Shown here one piece after another: positions 28,485 to 38,445 of a stretch of 64,000 nt of DNA. The notes under the pieces were generated by a model. That model was not told where the DNA came from. It made no database searches and saw nothing but the letters and a program-made list of their open reading frames with translations. Source of the stretch: an uncultured Clostridia bacterium (lineage in GTDB: Bacteria; Bacillota; Clostridia; UMGS1883); the NCBI GenBank assembly GCA_947589005.1, contig CANPZO010000004.1, forward strand, positions 21,330-85,329. Direction: 5' to 3'. Position 1 is the stretch's first letter; every line of letters begins with the position of its first letter. Made by a program: the position numbers and the translations under genes.

Positions 28485-29291
28485 TCAATAAACTTCTATT
28501 TCGCTGATGCACGTATCGCTCCACGTGTCGCCGGGATATACCTCGTCGACAGTTATCTTAATGTAGTTTGTCCTGACCGTCCTGCTGAATGACACGTCCT
28601 GATACAGGGCGTCCTCGCCCTCGCTGAACACGTCCGCCAGCTCGGCCTCGACCGAGCTGCCGTCAGAAAACGAAACCGTTATCCTCTTGGGTCGGCTGTT
28701 CGGATAATACTGCCACTTGCCGGTTTTGGCGTTGAACTTGTTGTAGCCGTTCAGTATCTTAAGGCCCGAAACGTACTGGTCGTCGGAGGCGGAAAGCATT
28801 ATCCACTCGCCCTCTCCTCCGCTGACGGCCCAGGCCGTATCCGTATACCCGTCCACAGCCAGCTTTGGGGAGTGGTCATAGCCCTCCTCGATGAGGGTGT
28901 CGGAGGCGCTCACCGAGCTGAACACCGGCAGGGCGTGGACTTCATCCTCCCGCGCCTCTTCCGGTTCCTCGGTTTTTTCCGGCTCTCCGGTCCTTTCGGA
29001 GGGTTCCGTCTCCTCCTCGGCGGGCGGTTCCTCCCCGTCGGCGGTAGCGGCCTCCTCCGTCTTTTCCTCCGTCTTTTCGGAGCCGTCCGACGTCAGCTTG
29101 ATGGCCGTCACCGTCACGGCCGCCGCTATCACCAGCAGCGACACCGTTATCAGCACCGCGGGCCAGACGCGCCTTTTACGGGGCGGGGAGGCCGGCACCG
29201 GCGCCCCGCCCGTAGGGGCGCCGCAGACGGTGCAGAACTGTGAGTCGTCCGGCAGACGCGCTCCGCAGCTTTCGCAAAACATAACCGTCAC
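28485..29291 (-). CDS. Zinc-ribbon / TM / discoidin (F5/8 type C)-like ectodomain protein
   Basis: N-terminus MFCESCGARLPDDSQFCTVCG, one transmembrane helix, and an E/T/P-rich linker. The C-terminal ~130 aa (AVDGYTDTAWAVSGGEGEWIMLS..) matches the discoidin domain pattern. Confidence 0.5.
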   Translation of the reverse strand: MTVMFCESCGARLPDDSQFCTVCGAPTGGAPVPASPPRKRRVWPAVLITVSLLVIAAAVTVTAIKLTSDGSEKTEEKTEEAATADGEEPPAEEETEPSERTGEPEKTEEPEEAREDEVHALPVFSSVSASDTLIEEGYDHSPKLAVDGYTDTAWAVSGGEGEWIMLSASDDQYVSGLKILNGYNKFNAKTGKWQYYPNSRPKRITVSFSDGSSVEAELADVFSEGEDALYQDVSFSRTVRTNYIKITVDEVYPGDTWSDTCISEIEVY

Positions 29292-29292
29292 C

Positions 29293-30099
29293 TCAGGCCG
29301 CTTTCCTGTTGTACCATTTCTTTTTGAAAACCGTTATAAGTATGAACACAAGTATGCTGAGACCTATGGCCACGGCAACCGATATTCCGTTGCCCACATA
29401 TATCTCGACACCCTTGGGCGCGTCCTCAAGGGCCGACTGCGCGGCGTTATTGATAAAGAGCATTACCGCGCCGAAAACCGCCGAGCACAGGAACGCCAGC
29501 GCCGAGCCTATCTGTCCGAGCACCGCGCCAAACCGCGGCGCGACATGGGTGAGGGCGGCAAAGAGGATTAGCAGGGCGATGACAAGAATAAGCACGCCCG
29601 AGAAAATCAGGAATATTATATCCATAACATTGAACAGGTTCTTTACGTCCTCGGCGTCCTCGGTCGATTCGGCGTCAATGGCGGCGGTGAAGAGGTCGGA
29701 GTTGTAAAGGTGCATAAATCTGGAAATGCCAAAGATGGAAACGGACACGCCGAGCTCAAACTCTTCCACATTGTTTTCCTCAAAGGCTTCCGTCGTTTTC
29801 TCGTCAAAGTCCATTTCGTCAATGGGGGCCTTCATTTTGAAAGAAAACCAGCCGAGCATAAGCGACACCGCCAAAAGCATGGCCAGCACGGTGCAAAGGG
29901 CCTTTGTTCCGCCGCCCTTTACCGGAGCGGCCGCCGGAGCCGGAGCGGGCTGGGGCTGAACGGGCTGAAGGGGCTGAGGCCGAACGTTCTGAACGGGCTG
30001 AGGCTGAGGAACGGTCTGTTCCTGCTGCACGACGGCTCCGCAGAGGTTGCAGAACCGGGCGTCGTCGGCTATTTCGCCGCCGCAGTTTTTACAAATCAT
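29293..30099 (-). CDS. Zinc-ribbon / polytopic membrane protein
   Basis: N-terminus ICKNCGGEIADDARFCNLCG, a Pro/Gln-rich linker, then 3-4 transmembrane helices. Confidence 0.5.
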   Translation of the reverse strand: MICKNCGGEIADDARFCNLCGAVVQQEQTVPQPQPVQNVRPQPLQPVQPQPAPAPAAAPVKGGGTKALCTVLAMLLAVSLMLGWFSFKMKAPIDEMDFDEKTTEAFEENNVEEFELGVSVSIFGISRFMHLYNSDLFTAAIDAESTEDAEDVKNLFNVMDIIFLIFSGVLILVIALLILFAALTHVAPRFGAVLGQIGSALAFLCSAVFGAVMLFINNAAQSALEDAPKGVEIYVGNGISVAVAIGLSILVFILITVFKKKWYNRKAA

Positions 30100-30133
30100 T
30101 TTCTATTCCTCCCTTAAAATTTATATTTGAAAA

Positions 30134-31303
30134 TCAATAATCCCAGTAGTCGTCGTAATAGTCGTAGTCGTCCTGCCCGTCCTCGCACTCGTCCAGGAAG
30201 TCCTTGATGTCGTCCTCGTCTATGTCGGGCTTGTTGTAATTTTCTATTTCAAGAGAAACCTTTCCCTCGTCGTAGCTCATCTCCAGCGAGGCCAAACGTC
30301 CGCCCTTGGTGCTGTACTCGACGTCGATGACTATCTCGCCCTTTCCTTCCCTGAGCGCGGACTTGACTTCCTTAAGGTTGTCATCAAACACGTTTTCCTC
30401 TAAGAACTTGGCCGCTTCCTTCACCTTTTTGTTGCCGCTGTCCTTGCAGTCCTCAATATAGTCGATGAAGGCCAGTCCCAGCTTCGCCACGTCCACGGAA
30501 TAGCTGTACTTTCCGCCGGACTTTTCATAATCGTCGATGAAGCTCTTCCAAACCTTGGACTTGTTGCACTCTTTGAAAATGAAATCATTGATCATCTTCG
30601 CCATGCCCTCGACCATATCCTCGTCGTAGTCCTCGGGCTTCGCGTCCTCGGCGAGTTCCTTTATGTACTTTTCGTTGAGCTTTCCGTTCTTTACAAGCTT
30701 GTTGATGTCCACCTTGATGCCGAGTTCCTCAAGGGACCCGTTTAGCTCATCCTCAACTTCGTCAAGGAAGTCCTTGTAAAATCCATAATATTCCCCGTCC
30801 TCTGTCATACCGAGGTCGCCGTCGGCAAAGGCCACGCGAACGGTATCGCCGTCCATTCTACCCTCAAGCTCCATCAAGCTGTGCTCGGTGTCCTTGCCCA
30901 GCTTGAAGCTGAGGTCTACGTCGAAATTATCATACCCCGCATCCAACGAAGCACTGATGTCGGCGCCCTTCATTCCCTTAAGGTTGGCGGCGGCCTTGAT
31001 GGTCCTGGCCAGGGGATTTGAGCGGGTGAACAGCACGGCCAGCACGACGGCAATCACCGCCAAAACTCCGACCGCGGCCAGTATCGGGGTTTTGCTCTTC
31101 TTATTTGCCGGCGGCATATAGACCCCGTCGGCGGAATACTGTGCGGCCGATTGAGCGTTTACCTGCTGATAGTTCGACTGTTGAGCATTCGACTGTTGAG
31201 CGTTCGACTGCTGAGCGTTCCCCGCCCCTGTCGAATCCCAGCCGCATTTGGGGCAGAACCTCGACCCCTCATTGATGGCCGTCCCGCAGTTTTTACAAAA
31301 CAT
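30134..31303 (-). CDS. Zinc-ribbon / TM / acidic ectodomain protein, paralogous to the middle of the YARHG gene
   Basis: N-terminus MFCKNCGTAINEGSRFCPKCG, a (QQSNA)n linker, and one transmembrane helix. The K/E/D-rich ectodomain ends in DDYDYYDDYWDY. Confidence 0.5.
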   Translation of the reverse strand: MFCKNCGTAINEGSRFCPKCGWDSTGAGNAQQSNAQQSNAQQSNYQQVNAQSAAQYSADGVYMPPANKKSKTPILAAVGVLAVIAVVLAVLFTRSNPLARTIKAAANLKGMKGADISASLDAGYDNFDVDLSFKLGKDTEHSLMELEGRMDGDTVRVAFADGDLGMTEDGEYYGFYKDFLDEVEDELNGSLEELGIKVDINKLVKNGKLNEKYIKELAEDAKPEDYDEDMVEGMAKMINDFIFKECNKSKVWKSFIDDYEKSGGKYSYSVDVAKLGLAFIDYIEDCKDSGNKKVKEAAKFLEENVFDDNLKEVKSALREGKGEIVIDVEYSTKGGRLASLEMSYDEGKVSLEIENYNKPDIDEDDIKDFLDECEDGQDDYDYYDDYWDY

Positions 31304-31499
31304 TTACATTCCTCCTTTAAAATCCGGCAACGCGCAAAGGACGCAAAGGAGCCTCGCGCGTTATTGACCCGTTAACTGTAATTACATTATAACACTTTTT
31401 AGAAAAATGTCAAGAAATATGTTACTTTTTTACTTGACAAATTCGTGGGTTTGTGGCATGATAATAAATTGAGAGTTTATGGTTACAGGAGGTATCCCC

Positions 31500-33674
31500 A
31501 TGCCGGAGCAAAAGGCCAGGCCCGAAGGAATAACACACACGCTGGAATCCAACTTTATGCAGTACGCCATGAGCGTAATTCTTTCCCGGGCCATACCGGA
31601 GATAGACGGCTTTAAGCCCTCTCATCGGAAACTTTTATACATGATGTACAAGCGCGGCCTGCTCAAGGGCAAGCGCACCAAAAGCGCCACCGTCGTGGGC
31701 GAGGCAATGAAGCTCAACCCCCACGGCGACGCCGCCATATACGAGACCATGGTCCGCCTTACCGAGGGGAACGAGGCCCTGCTCCACCCCTTTGTGGACT
31801 CGAAGGGCAACTTCGGCAAGCAGTACAGCCGCGACATGGCCTACGCCGCGCCCCGGTACACCGAGGTGAAGCTGACGCCCATATGCGAGGAGATTTTTCG
31901 GGACATAGACAAAAACACCGTGGACTTTATCGACAACTACGACGGCACCATGACCGAGCCGGTGCTGCTGCCGACGGCGTTCCCGAATATTTTGGTGAAC
32001 CCCAACATGGGCATAGCCGTAGGCATGGCCAGCCGCATCGCCTCCTACAACCTCAAGGAGGTATGCGACGCCACCGTCGCCTATCTTAAGGACCAAAAGG
32101 CCGATTTGCGGGAATATATTCCGGGGCCGGACTTTTCCACCGGAGGGTATCTTGTTTACGACAAGGACGCCCTTGACCAGATATACGAGACCGGTACCGG
32201 CAGCATAAAGCTGCGGGGGAAATATATTTACAATCCCAAGACCAACACCCTGGAGATAACCGAGATACCCTACTCCACCTGCGTGGAGGTCATAATCGAG
32301 AAGATAGCCGAGCTGATGAAGGCCGGCAAGATAAAGGAAATCAACGACGTCCGGGACGAGACCGACATTAACGGCCTGCGTCTGACCATCGACCTTAAGC
32401 GCGGGGCCGACCCGGAAAAGCTCATGCAGAAGCTTTACGACAAGACCACGCTGGAGGACAGCTTCGGCTGCAACTACAACATACTCACCGGCGGCGAGCC
32501 GAAGGTGCTGGGCATAAAAGAGATAATCGCCGAGTGGACGGACTTCCGCACGGAGAGCCTGCGGCGGATGTGCGTATACGACGCGGAGAACAAGGAGGCC
32601 CGGCTCCACCTTTTGCAGGGTCTGGAAAAGATACTCCTCGACATCGACAAGGCCATTTACATCGTCCGCCACACCGAGGAGGATTCCATGGTGGTGCCCA
32701 ACCTTATGGCGGGCTTCGGCATAGACAAAATCCAGGCGGAGTTCGTGGCGGAGATAAAGCTGCGCAACCTGAACAAGGACTACATTTTGAAGCGTACCGC
32801 CGAGATAGAGAGCCTCACCGCCGAGATAGCCGACCTGCGCAAGACCGCCGGCAGCGAAAAGCTTATACACAAGCTGATAATAAAGCAGCTCACCGAGATA
32901 GAAAAAAAATACGCCAAGCCCCGCAAGACGCAGATAATCACCGTGGAGGACGTTCCCGTCCCCGACGAGGAGGACGACACCGGCGACTACAGGGTAAGGG
33001 TTTTCATGACCCGTGACAACTACTTCAAAAAGGTGACTCTGGTCTCCCTCCGCAGCAGCGGCGAGCATAAGCTGAAGGAGGGCGACGAGATTATCTGCAC
33101 CGCCGAAGCCTCAAACAAGCAGGATATGCTCTTCTTCTCCGACCGGCAGAACTGCTACAAGCTGAAATTAAAGGACATCGGCGACACCCGCGTCAGCTCC
33201 ATGGGCGACTATCTGCCAAATATCCTTGACATGGAGGACGGCGAACGGATAGTCTACTCCACTCCCGCCTTCGATTATAAGGGCTTTATGCTCTTTGCCT
33301 TCTCCAGCGGCAAGATAGCGAAGATAGACATGAACAGCTACGCCACCAAGACCAACCGCCGGCGTCTGACCGGGGCCTACGGCAAGGGCGACCTCATCGG
33401 AGCGATGTACATTCCCGCCGACCGCGATATCGCGCTGCTCAGCAGCATCGACAAGTGTCTGGTGTTTAACACTGCCGCCATACTCACCAAGACCAGCCGC
33501 ACGGCTCAGGGCGTGCAGGTCATGACCCTCAGGCGAAAGAGCCTGCTTAAGACAATGGCTCTGCCCGAGGACTGCCTTAAATCGTCCGACGGCTACCGCT
33601 CGCGGAGCCTTCCCTCCGCCGGCTGTTACCTGAAGGACGAGGACAGCGCCAGCGTGCAGATAAAGCTGGAATAA
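31500..33674 (+). CDS. parC: Type IIA topoisomerase A subunit (ParC/GyrA-like), short 725-aa form
   Basis: AGGAGG sits 8 nt upstream of the ATG. Motifs YAMSVI..R.IP...DG.KP.HR, HPHGD-like NPHGD, and the catalytic Tyr context AAPRYTE are present. No B subunit is adjacent. Confidence 0.7.
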   Translation: MPEQKARPEGITHTLESNFMQYAMSVILSRAIPEIDGFKPSHRKLLYMMYKRGLLKGKRTKSATVVGEAMKLNPHGDAAIYETMVRLTEGNEALLHPFVDSKGNFGKQYSRDMAYAAPRYTEVKLTPICEEIFRDIDKNTVDFIDNYDGTMTEPVLLPTAFPNILVNPNMGIAVGMASRIASYNLKEVCDATVAYLKDQKADLREYIPGPDFSTGGYLVYDKDALDQIYETGTGSIKLRGKYIYNPKTNTLEITEIPYSTCVEVIIEKIAELMKAGKIKEINDVRDETDINGLRLTIDLKRGADPEKLMQKLYDKTTLEDSFGCNYNILTGGEPKVLGIKEIIAEWTDFRTESLRRMCVYDAENKEARLHLLQGLEKILLDIDKAIYIVRHTEEDSMVVPNLMAGFGIDKIQAEFVAEIKLRNLNKDYILKRTAEIESLTAEIADLRKTAGSEKLIHKLIIKQLTEIEKKYAKPRKTQIITVEDVPVPDEEDDTGDYRVRVFMTRDNYFKKVTLVSLRSSGEHKLKEGDEIICTAEASNKQDMLFFSDRQNCYKLKLKDIGDTRVSSMGDYLPNILDMEDGERIVYSTPAFDYKGFMLFAFSSGKIAKIDMNSYATKTNRRRLTGAYGKGDLIGAMYIPADRDIALLSSIDKCLVFNTAAILTKTSRTAQGVQVMTLRRKSLLKTMALPEDCLKSSDGYRSRSLPSAGCYLKDEDSASVQIKLE

Positions 33675-33688
33675 AAGGAGGTCATATT

Positions 33689-34027
33689 ATGTGTACGGAG
33701 CCGAAAGCTCAAGAGCTTTCGCGAATTGTGGCGAAATATTTCCGCAGTGTTTACGGCGAAAGCGTTGACTGCGTGTTTCTCTACGGTTCGTATGCAAGGA
33801 GAAATTTTGACGAAAATTCCGACATAGATATAGCCGCCATTGTTGACGGCGACCGAGCCGAGCTGCAAAACAAGCTTAAGTCAGTCTGGGATATGGCCGC
33901 CGAGCTGGGGCTGGAAAACGACGTCATCATATCACCCACCGTTATCCCCCGCAGCGAATTTGAGGAATATAAGAACGTGCTGCCCTACTACCGCAATATT
34001 GCAAGGGAGGGAAAGAAAATTGGTTGA
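33689..34027 (+). CDS. Minimal nucleotidyltransferase (MNT, Pol-beta superfamily), one half of a HEPN/MNT toxin-antitoxin-like pair
   Basis: GS..(D/E)..D(I/V)D motif: LYGSYARRNFDENSDIDIAAIV. Confidence 0.7.
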   Translation: MCTEPKAQELSRIVAKYFRSVYGESVDCVFLYGSYARRNFDENSDIDIAAIVDGDRAELQNKLKSVWDMAAELGLENDVIISPTVIPRSEFEEYKNVLPYYRNIAREGKKIG

Positions 34028-34415
34028 TTTGAGCAAATACAGGCTTGACAGCGCCAGAGAAAGACTTAACTCCGCCAAGCTACTCATGGAAGCCGGTCAA
34101 TATCGCGACTCGATAAGTCGTTCGTATTACGCCATTTTTACGGCTGTCCGCGCTGTGCTGGCAAAAGACAGCGTTGACTTTTCCAAGCATACCGGAGTAA
34201 TATCCTATTTTCAAAGGGAATATGTAAAAACCGGAATTTTTGACAAAAAATTTTCAAATTATCTTCAAGCGGCATTTCAAATAAGAAACAATTGCGACTA
34301 CGACGACTTTTTTATCGCATCAAAGGACGATGCCGCCGAGCAATACGAAAGGGCCGAGGAATTTTACAATACCGTAAGCGCCTATCTTAACAATCCCAAC
34401 GCATCACTTCATTGA
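34020..34415 (+). CDS. HEPN domain protein, partner of the MNT
   Basis: A probable TTG start overlaps the MNT stop by 8 nt, with a GGGAGGG RBS. Helical HEPN-like sequence (R.SYYAIFTAV...R....DY). This is the typical HEPN/MNT bicistron. Confidence 0.55.
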   Translation: MVDLSKYRLDSARERLNSAKLLMEAGQYRDSISRSYYAIFTAVRAVLAKDSVDFSKHTGVISYFQREYVKTGIFDKKFSNYLQAAFQIRNNCDYDDFFIASKDDAAEQYERAEEFYNTVSAYLNNPNASLH

Positions 34416-34455
34416 CGGGCCGCAATCACTACAATTCAAAGGACTTGATTTTCCC

Positions 34456-36210
34456 ATGAAAACCCTTAAATGGCTCTTTTCCGTGTACATCCGCCCCTAC
34501 GCCGGCCGGATGATATTCGCGCTGTGCCTGACCATGCTCAACACGGTATTGAGCAACATCCGCCCCTACCTGTCGGGCCGGATAATCGACGACGTGTTTT
34601 ACAACGGTATGCAAAACCGTCTTGTCACGCTGGTCATACTGATGTTTTTGTCCATAGTTTTAAAGGACATATTCCGCATCATCGACCACTATATCCTTGA
34701 GGGCACCAGCCAAAAGGTGGTCTACAATATCCGCGTCGCCCTCTACAAGTCGCTGCACAAGCTGGATTTCGACTTTTTCGACCACAACCGCACCGGCGAC
34801 ATAATGAACCGGCTGAGCGGCGATATCGACAGCGTCCGCCACTTTGTGGCCTGGGTGCTGAACGGCATACTTGAAAACTCCTGCCTGTTTTTGTCGGCGC
34901 TGTTCATACTCGGCTTTATCAACTGGCAGCTGACCCTTTGTCTGCTGGCGGTGACGCCGGTCATCGCGTTTTTCGCCGTCGCCATGGGCAAGCGCGTGGG
35001 CCCGGCCTTCCGCAACGCCAGGCAGAAGCTCAGCGGCCTTAACACCGTGGTGCAGGAGAACATCTCCGGCAACCGCGTGGTGAGGGCCTTTGCCCGCGAG
35101 GACTACGAGCTGGAAAAATTTGACAGGGCCAACCTGGAGTACCGGGACGCCAACATCGCCTCCAACCGCATCGGTCAGCGATACATACCCATACTTGACA
35201 CCCTGGCCAACTCTCTGAACGTGGTGGTAATGGTGGTGGGCGGCATAATGGTCATCACAAAGCAGATGTCGCCCGGCGAGTTCGTCACCTTCAACACCAT
35301 GAGCTGGGCCCTGAACACCCCCATGCGCAACGTGGGCTGGCTCATAAACGACAGCTTGAACGCCGTCGCAAGCGGCGAAAAAATAATGGAATTCACCCTT
35401 GAGCGTCCCCGCATCCACACCGAGAAGGAGCACGTGGAAAAGGAGAGCTTCGAGGGCAGGGTAGAGTTCAGGGACGTGAGCTTTTCCTACGGCGAGGAGC
35501 CGGTCCTCGACCGCGTGAGCTTCACCGCCGTGCCCGGTCAGACCGTGGCTATCATCGGCGAGACCGGCAGCGGCAAATCCACCCTCACAAACCTTATCTG
35601 CCGGTTCTACGACGCCACCGAGGGGCAGGTGCTCGTGGACGGGATAGACGTGCGCCAGCTTAACCTTCGGGCGCTTCGCCGGAGCATTTCCATAGCGATG
35701 CAGGACATTTTCCTGTTTTCGGACACCATCGAGGGCAACATCGCCTACGGCGTGCCCGACGCCCCCTTTGAGCGGGTTGTCGAGGCGGCCAAAATGGCCG
35801 ACGCCGACGGCTTTATCCGCGGCCTGCCCGAGGGGTACGACACCATAATCGGCGAGCGGGGAGTGGGTCTCAGCGGCGGCCAGAAGCAGCGCATCGCCCT
35901 GGCCCGCGCCATACTGAAAAACCCCTCCATACTCATTCTCGACGACACCACCAGCAGCGTGGACATGGAGACCGAGCATTACATACAGCAGACGCTGAAA
36001 AAATTTTCCGCCGGACGGACGACCTTTATTATCGCCCACCGGATAAGCGCCGTAAAGGACGCCGACCAGATACTGGTAATGGAAAAGGGCCGCATAGCCG
36101 AGCGCGGTACACACGATGAGCTTTTGGCCCTGGGCGGAAGATACAAAGAGGTCTACGACACCCAGTACGGCAACTTTGACGCCGAGCCGGTGAAAGGGGG
36201 CGTTCGCTGA
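34456..36210 (+). CDS. ABC transporter permease/ATPase fusion (type I exporter half-transporter)
   Basis: Six transmembrane helices plus an NBD with Walker A GETGSGKST, signature LSGGQKQR and Walker B ILILDD. Confidence 0.85.
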   Translation: MKTLKWLFSVYIRPYAGRMIFALCLTMLNTVLSNIRPYLSGRIIDDVFYNGMQNRLVTLVILMFLSIVLKDIFRIIDHYILEGTSQKVVYNIRVALYKSLHKLDFDFFDHNRTGDIMNRLSGDIDSVRHFVAWVLNGILENSCLFLSALFILGFINWQLTLCLLAVTPVIAFFAVAMGKRVGPAFRNARQKLSGLNTVVQENISGNRVVRAFAREDYELEKFDRANLEYRDANIASNRIGQRYIPILDTLANSLNVVVMVVGGIMVITKQMSPGEFVTFNTMSWALNTPMRNVGWLINDSLNAVASGEKIMEFTLERPRIHTEKEHVEKESFEGRVEFRDVSFSYGEEPVLDRVSFTAVPGQTVAIIGETGSGKSTLTNLICRFYDATEGQVLVDGIDVRQLNLRALRRSISIAMQDIFLFSDTIEGNIAYGVPDAPFERVVEAAKMADADGFIRGLPEGYDTIIGERGVGLSGGQKQRIALARAILKNPSILILDDTTSSVDMETEHYIQQTLKKFSAGRTTFIIAHRISAVKDADQILVMEKGRIAERGTHDELLALGGRYKEVYDTQYGNFDAEPVKGGVR

Positions 36211-37991
36211 TGGCAAGGAACAAATTCGACGTGGACGAGAAGCTGGAAAGCAGCTTCAGCTTCGACCACATAAAGCGCCTGGCCCGCTATCTTATCCCCT
36301 TCAAGTGGCTGATGTTCGCGACCATAGGGCTGATGCTCCTGACAAGCGTGCTGAATATGCTGGCCCCCATGATAACCCGCGAGGCCATCGACGTTCGCCT
36401 GCCGGCCGGAGACAAAAAGGGCATCCTTGTGCTGGGCGGCATAATGGTGGCCATATATCTCATCAACGCCGTCATCGTTAAGTTCCGCATGGTGACCCTC
36501 GTCAAGGTGGGCCAGAGCCTGGTGGCGAACCTGCGGCGGGACATCTTCAAGCATTTGCAGATACTGCCCTTTGATTTTTACGACAGCCGCCCCCACGGTA
36601 AAATACTTGTGCGGGTAATAAATTATGTAAACTCAATCAACAACCTGCTCACCGGCGGCCTTATAAACCTGATAACGGATTTGTTCACGGTAGTGATAAT
36701 ACTTGTGCTGATGTTCACTCTCAGCCTTAAGCTGAGTCTTATTACCCTCGGGGGCGTGTTCGTTTTCGGCGGCATAATCTTTGCCATGAAGAACAAGCAG
36801 CGCCGCGTGTGGCAGGATTACAGCGCCAAGCAGAGCAACCTCAACGCCTATATCCACGAGAGCATCTGCGGCATAAAGGTGACCCAGTCCTTCAGCCGTG
36901 AAAAGGAAAACCAGCGCATTTTCGAGACCCAGTGCGAAAACGTCCGCACCAGCTTTATGCGGGCGAAGATAATCGACATCTGCAACTGGCCAATGGTGGA
37001 GACCATCTCCACAATCACCACCTGTATAGTTTTCCTCGTTGGCGGGGCAGACCTGCTCTCGGGCAGCGGCGCCATCACCACCGGCACGCTGGTGGCCTTT
37101 GTAGGCTATGTAAATATGTTCTGGACGCCGGTGCTGTCCCTGTGCAACTATTACAACCAGCTTATCAACACCGCCGCGTATCTTGAGCGCATCTTCGAGG
37201 TGATGGACACCCCCGCCACGGTGGAGGACCTGCCCGGCGCGGTGGAAATGCCTCCCATCAAGGGCGACGTGGACTTCAGGGACGTGACCTTCGCCTACGA
37301 GGAGGGCGTAAACATACTTAAGGGCCTGAGCTTTTCCGTGGACAGGGGCAAGACAATAGCCGTTGTCGGTCCCACCGGCGCGGGCAAGACCACCATCATC
37401 AACCTGCTGAGCCGGTTTTACGACATTCAGGGGGGCGAAATTCTCATCGACGGTGAAAACATCACCCGCTACACCCTCCGCTCCCTGCGCTCTCAGGTGG
37501 GCGTCATGCTTCAGGACACCTTTATTTTCAGCGGCACGGTAATGGACAACATACGCTACGGCCGCCTGGACGCCACCGACGAGGAGGTCATTTCCGCGGC
37601 AAAGACCGTCTGCGCCCACGACTTCATCACCACCCTTGAAAACGGCTACTATACCGAGGTCAACGAGCGCGGCTCCCGTCTGAGCGTGGGTCAGCGGCAG
37701 CTAATCTCCTTTGCGAGGGCGCTGCTCGCGGACCCGAGGATACTCATACTCGACGAGGCCACGGCCTCCATCGACACCCGCACCGAGCAGGCTCTCCAAA
37801 CCGGCCTGGCGCGGCTGCTCAAGGGCCGCACCAGCTTTGTCATCGCCCACCGGCTGTCCACAATCCGCGGCGCGGACAACATAATGTTCATCGACGGCGG
37901 CCAAATCGTGGAAAGCGGCACCCATGAACAGCTCATGGCCCAAAAGGGCAGATACTATTCACTTTGCACCAGTCAGTACGAATTGGGATAA
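36210..37991 (+). CDS. ABC transporter permease/ATPase fusion, heterodimer partner of the previous gene
   Basis: Its start overlaps the upstream stop. Walker A GPTGAGKTT, signature LSVGQRQ and Walker B ILILDEAT. Confidence 0.85.
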   Translation: MARNKFDVDEKLESSFSFDHIKRLARYLIPFKWLMFATIGLMLLTSVLNMLAPMITREAIDVRLPAGDKKGILVLGGIMVAIYLINAVIVKFRMVTLVKVGQSLVANLRRDIFKHLQILPFDFYDSRPHGKILVRVINYVNSINNLLTGGLINLITDLFTVVIILVLMFTLSLKLSLITLGGVFVFGGIIFAMKNKQRRVWQDYSAKQSNLNAYIHESICGIKVTQSFSREKENQRIFETQCENVRTSFMRAKIIDICNWPMVETISTITTCIVFLVGGADLLSGSGAITTGTLVAFVGYVNMFWTPVLSLCNYYNQLINTAAYLERIFEVMDTPATVEDLPGAVEMPPIKGDVDFRDVTFAYEEGVNILKGLSFSVDRGKTIAVVGPTGAGKTTIINLLSRFYDIQGGEILIDGENITRYTLRSLRSQVGVMLQDTFIFSGTVMDNIRYGRLDATDEEVISAAKTVCAHDFITTLENGYYTEVNERGSRLSVGQRQLISFARALLADPRILILDEATASIDTRTEQALQTGLARLLKGRTSFVIAHRLSTIRGADNIMFIDGGQIVESGTHEQLMAQKGRYYSLCTSQYELG

Positions 37992-38007
37992 AAGAGGTGA
38001 AAATACA

Positions 38008-38421
38008 ATGTGGTTCATATTCGCTTTGCTTTCCTCGATATTCGCCGCCCTGACGTCAATTTTGGCGAAGGTGGGCATCGACGGGGTCAACTCCAACCTT
38101 GCCACGGCCATACGCACGGTGGTCGTGGTGGTCATGGCCTGGGTCATGGTGGCCGTCACCGGCGCCCATGGCGGCATAGGTGAGATAAGCCGCAAAAGCT
38201 GGATATTCCTCATCTTGTCCGGCCTGGCCACCGGCGCCTCATGGCTCTGTTATTACAGGGCTTTGCAGATAGGCGAAGCCTCAAAGGTGGTCCCCGTTGA
38301 CAAGCTCAGCGTGGTAATAACCCTCGTGCTGGCCTTTATCTTCCTCCACGAACAGCTCACATGGAAGTCCGTGGTGGGCTGCGCGCTCATCGCGGCGGGA
38401 ACACTGTTTATGGTACTGTAA
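38008..38421 (+). CDS. Small EamA/DMT-superfamily 4-TM transporter
   Basis: A GAGGTG RBS precedes MWFIF.. About 137 aa with four hydrophobic helices. Confidence 0.55.
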   Translation: MWFIFALLSSIFAALTSILAKVGIDGVNSNLATAIRTVVVVVMAWVMVAVTGAHGGIGEISRKSWIFLILSGLATGASWLCYYRALQIGEASKVVPVDKLSVVITLVLAFIFLHEQLTWKSVVGCALIAAGTLFMVL

Positions 38422-38445
38422 ATGAAACTGAAAGGAGCAACATCA

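Noticed and set aside
31635-33068. A 477-aa minus-strand ORF antisense to the ParC-like gene. Similar antisense ORFs occur at 34660-36216, 36633-37619, 38865-39416 and 39815-40783.
   Set aside because: All are antisense to strongly supported genes (ParC, the ABC transporters, nifS, thiI). They lack RBSs and have a compositional-bias translation.
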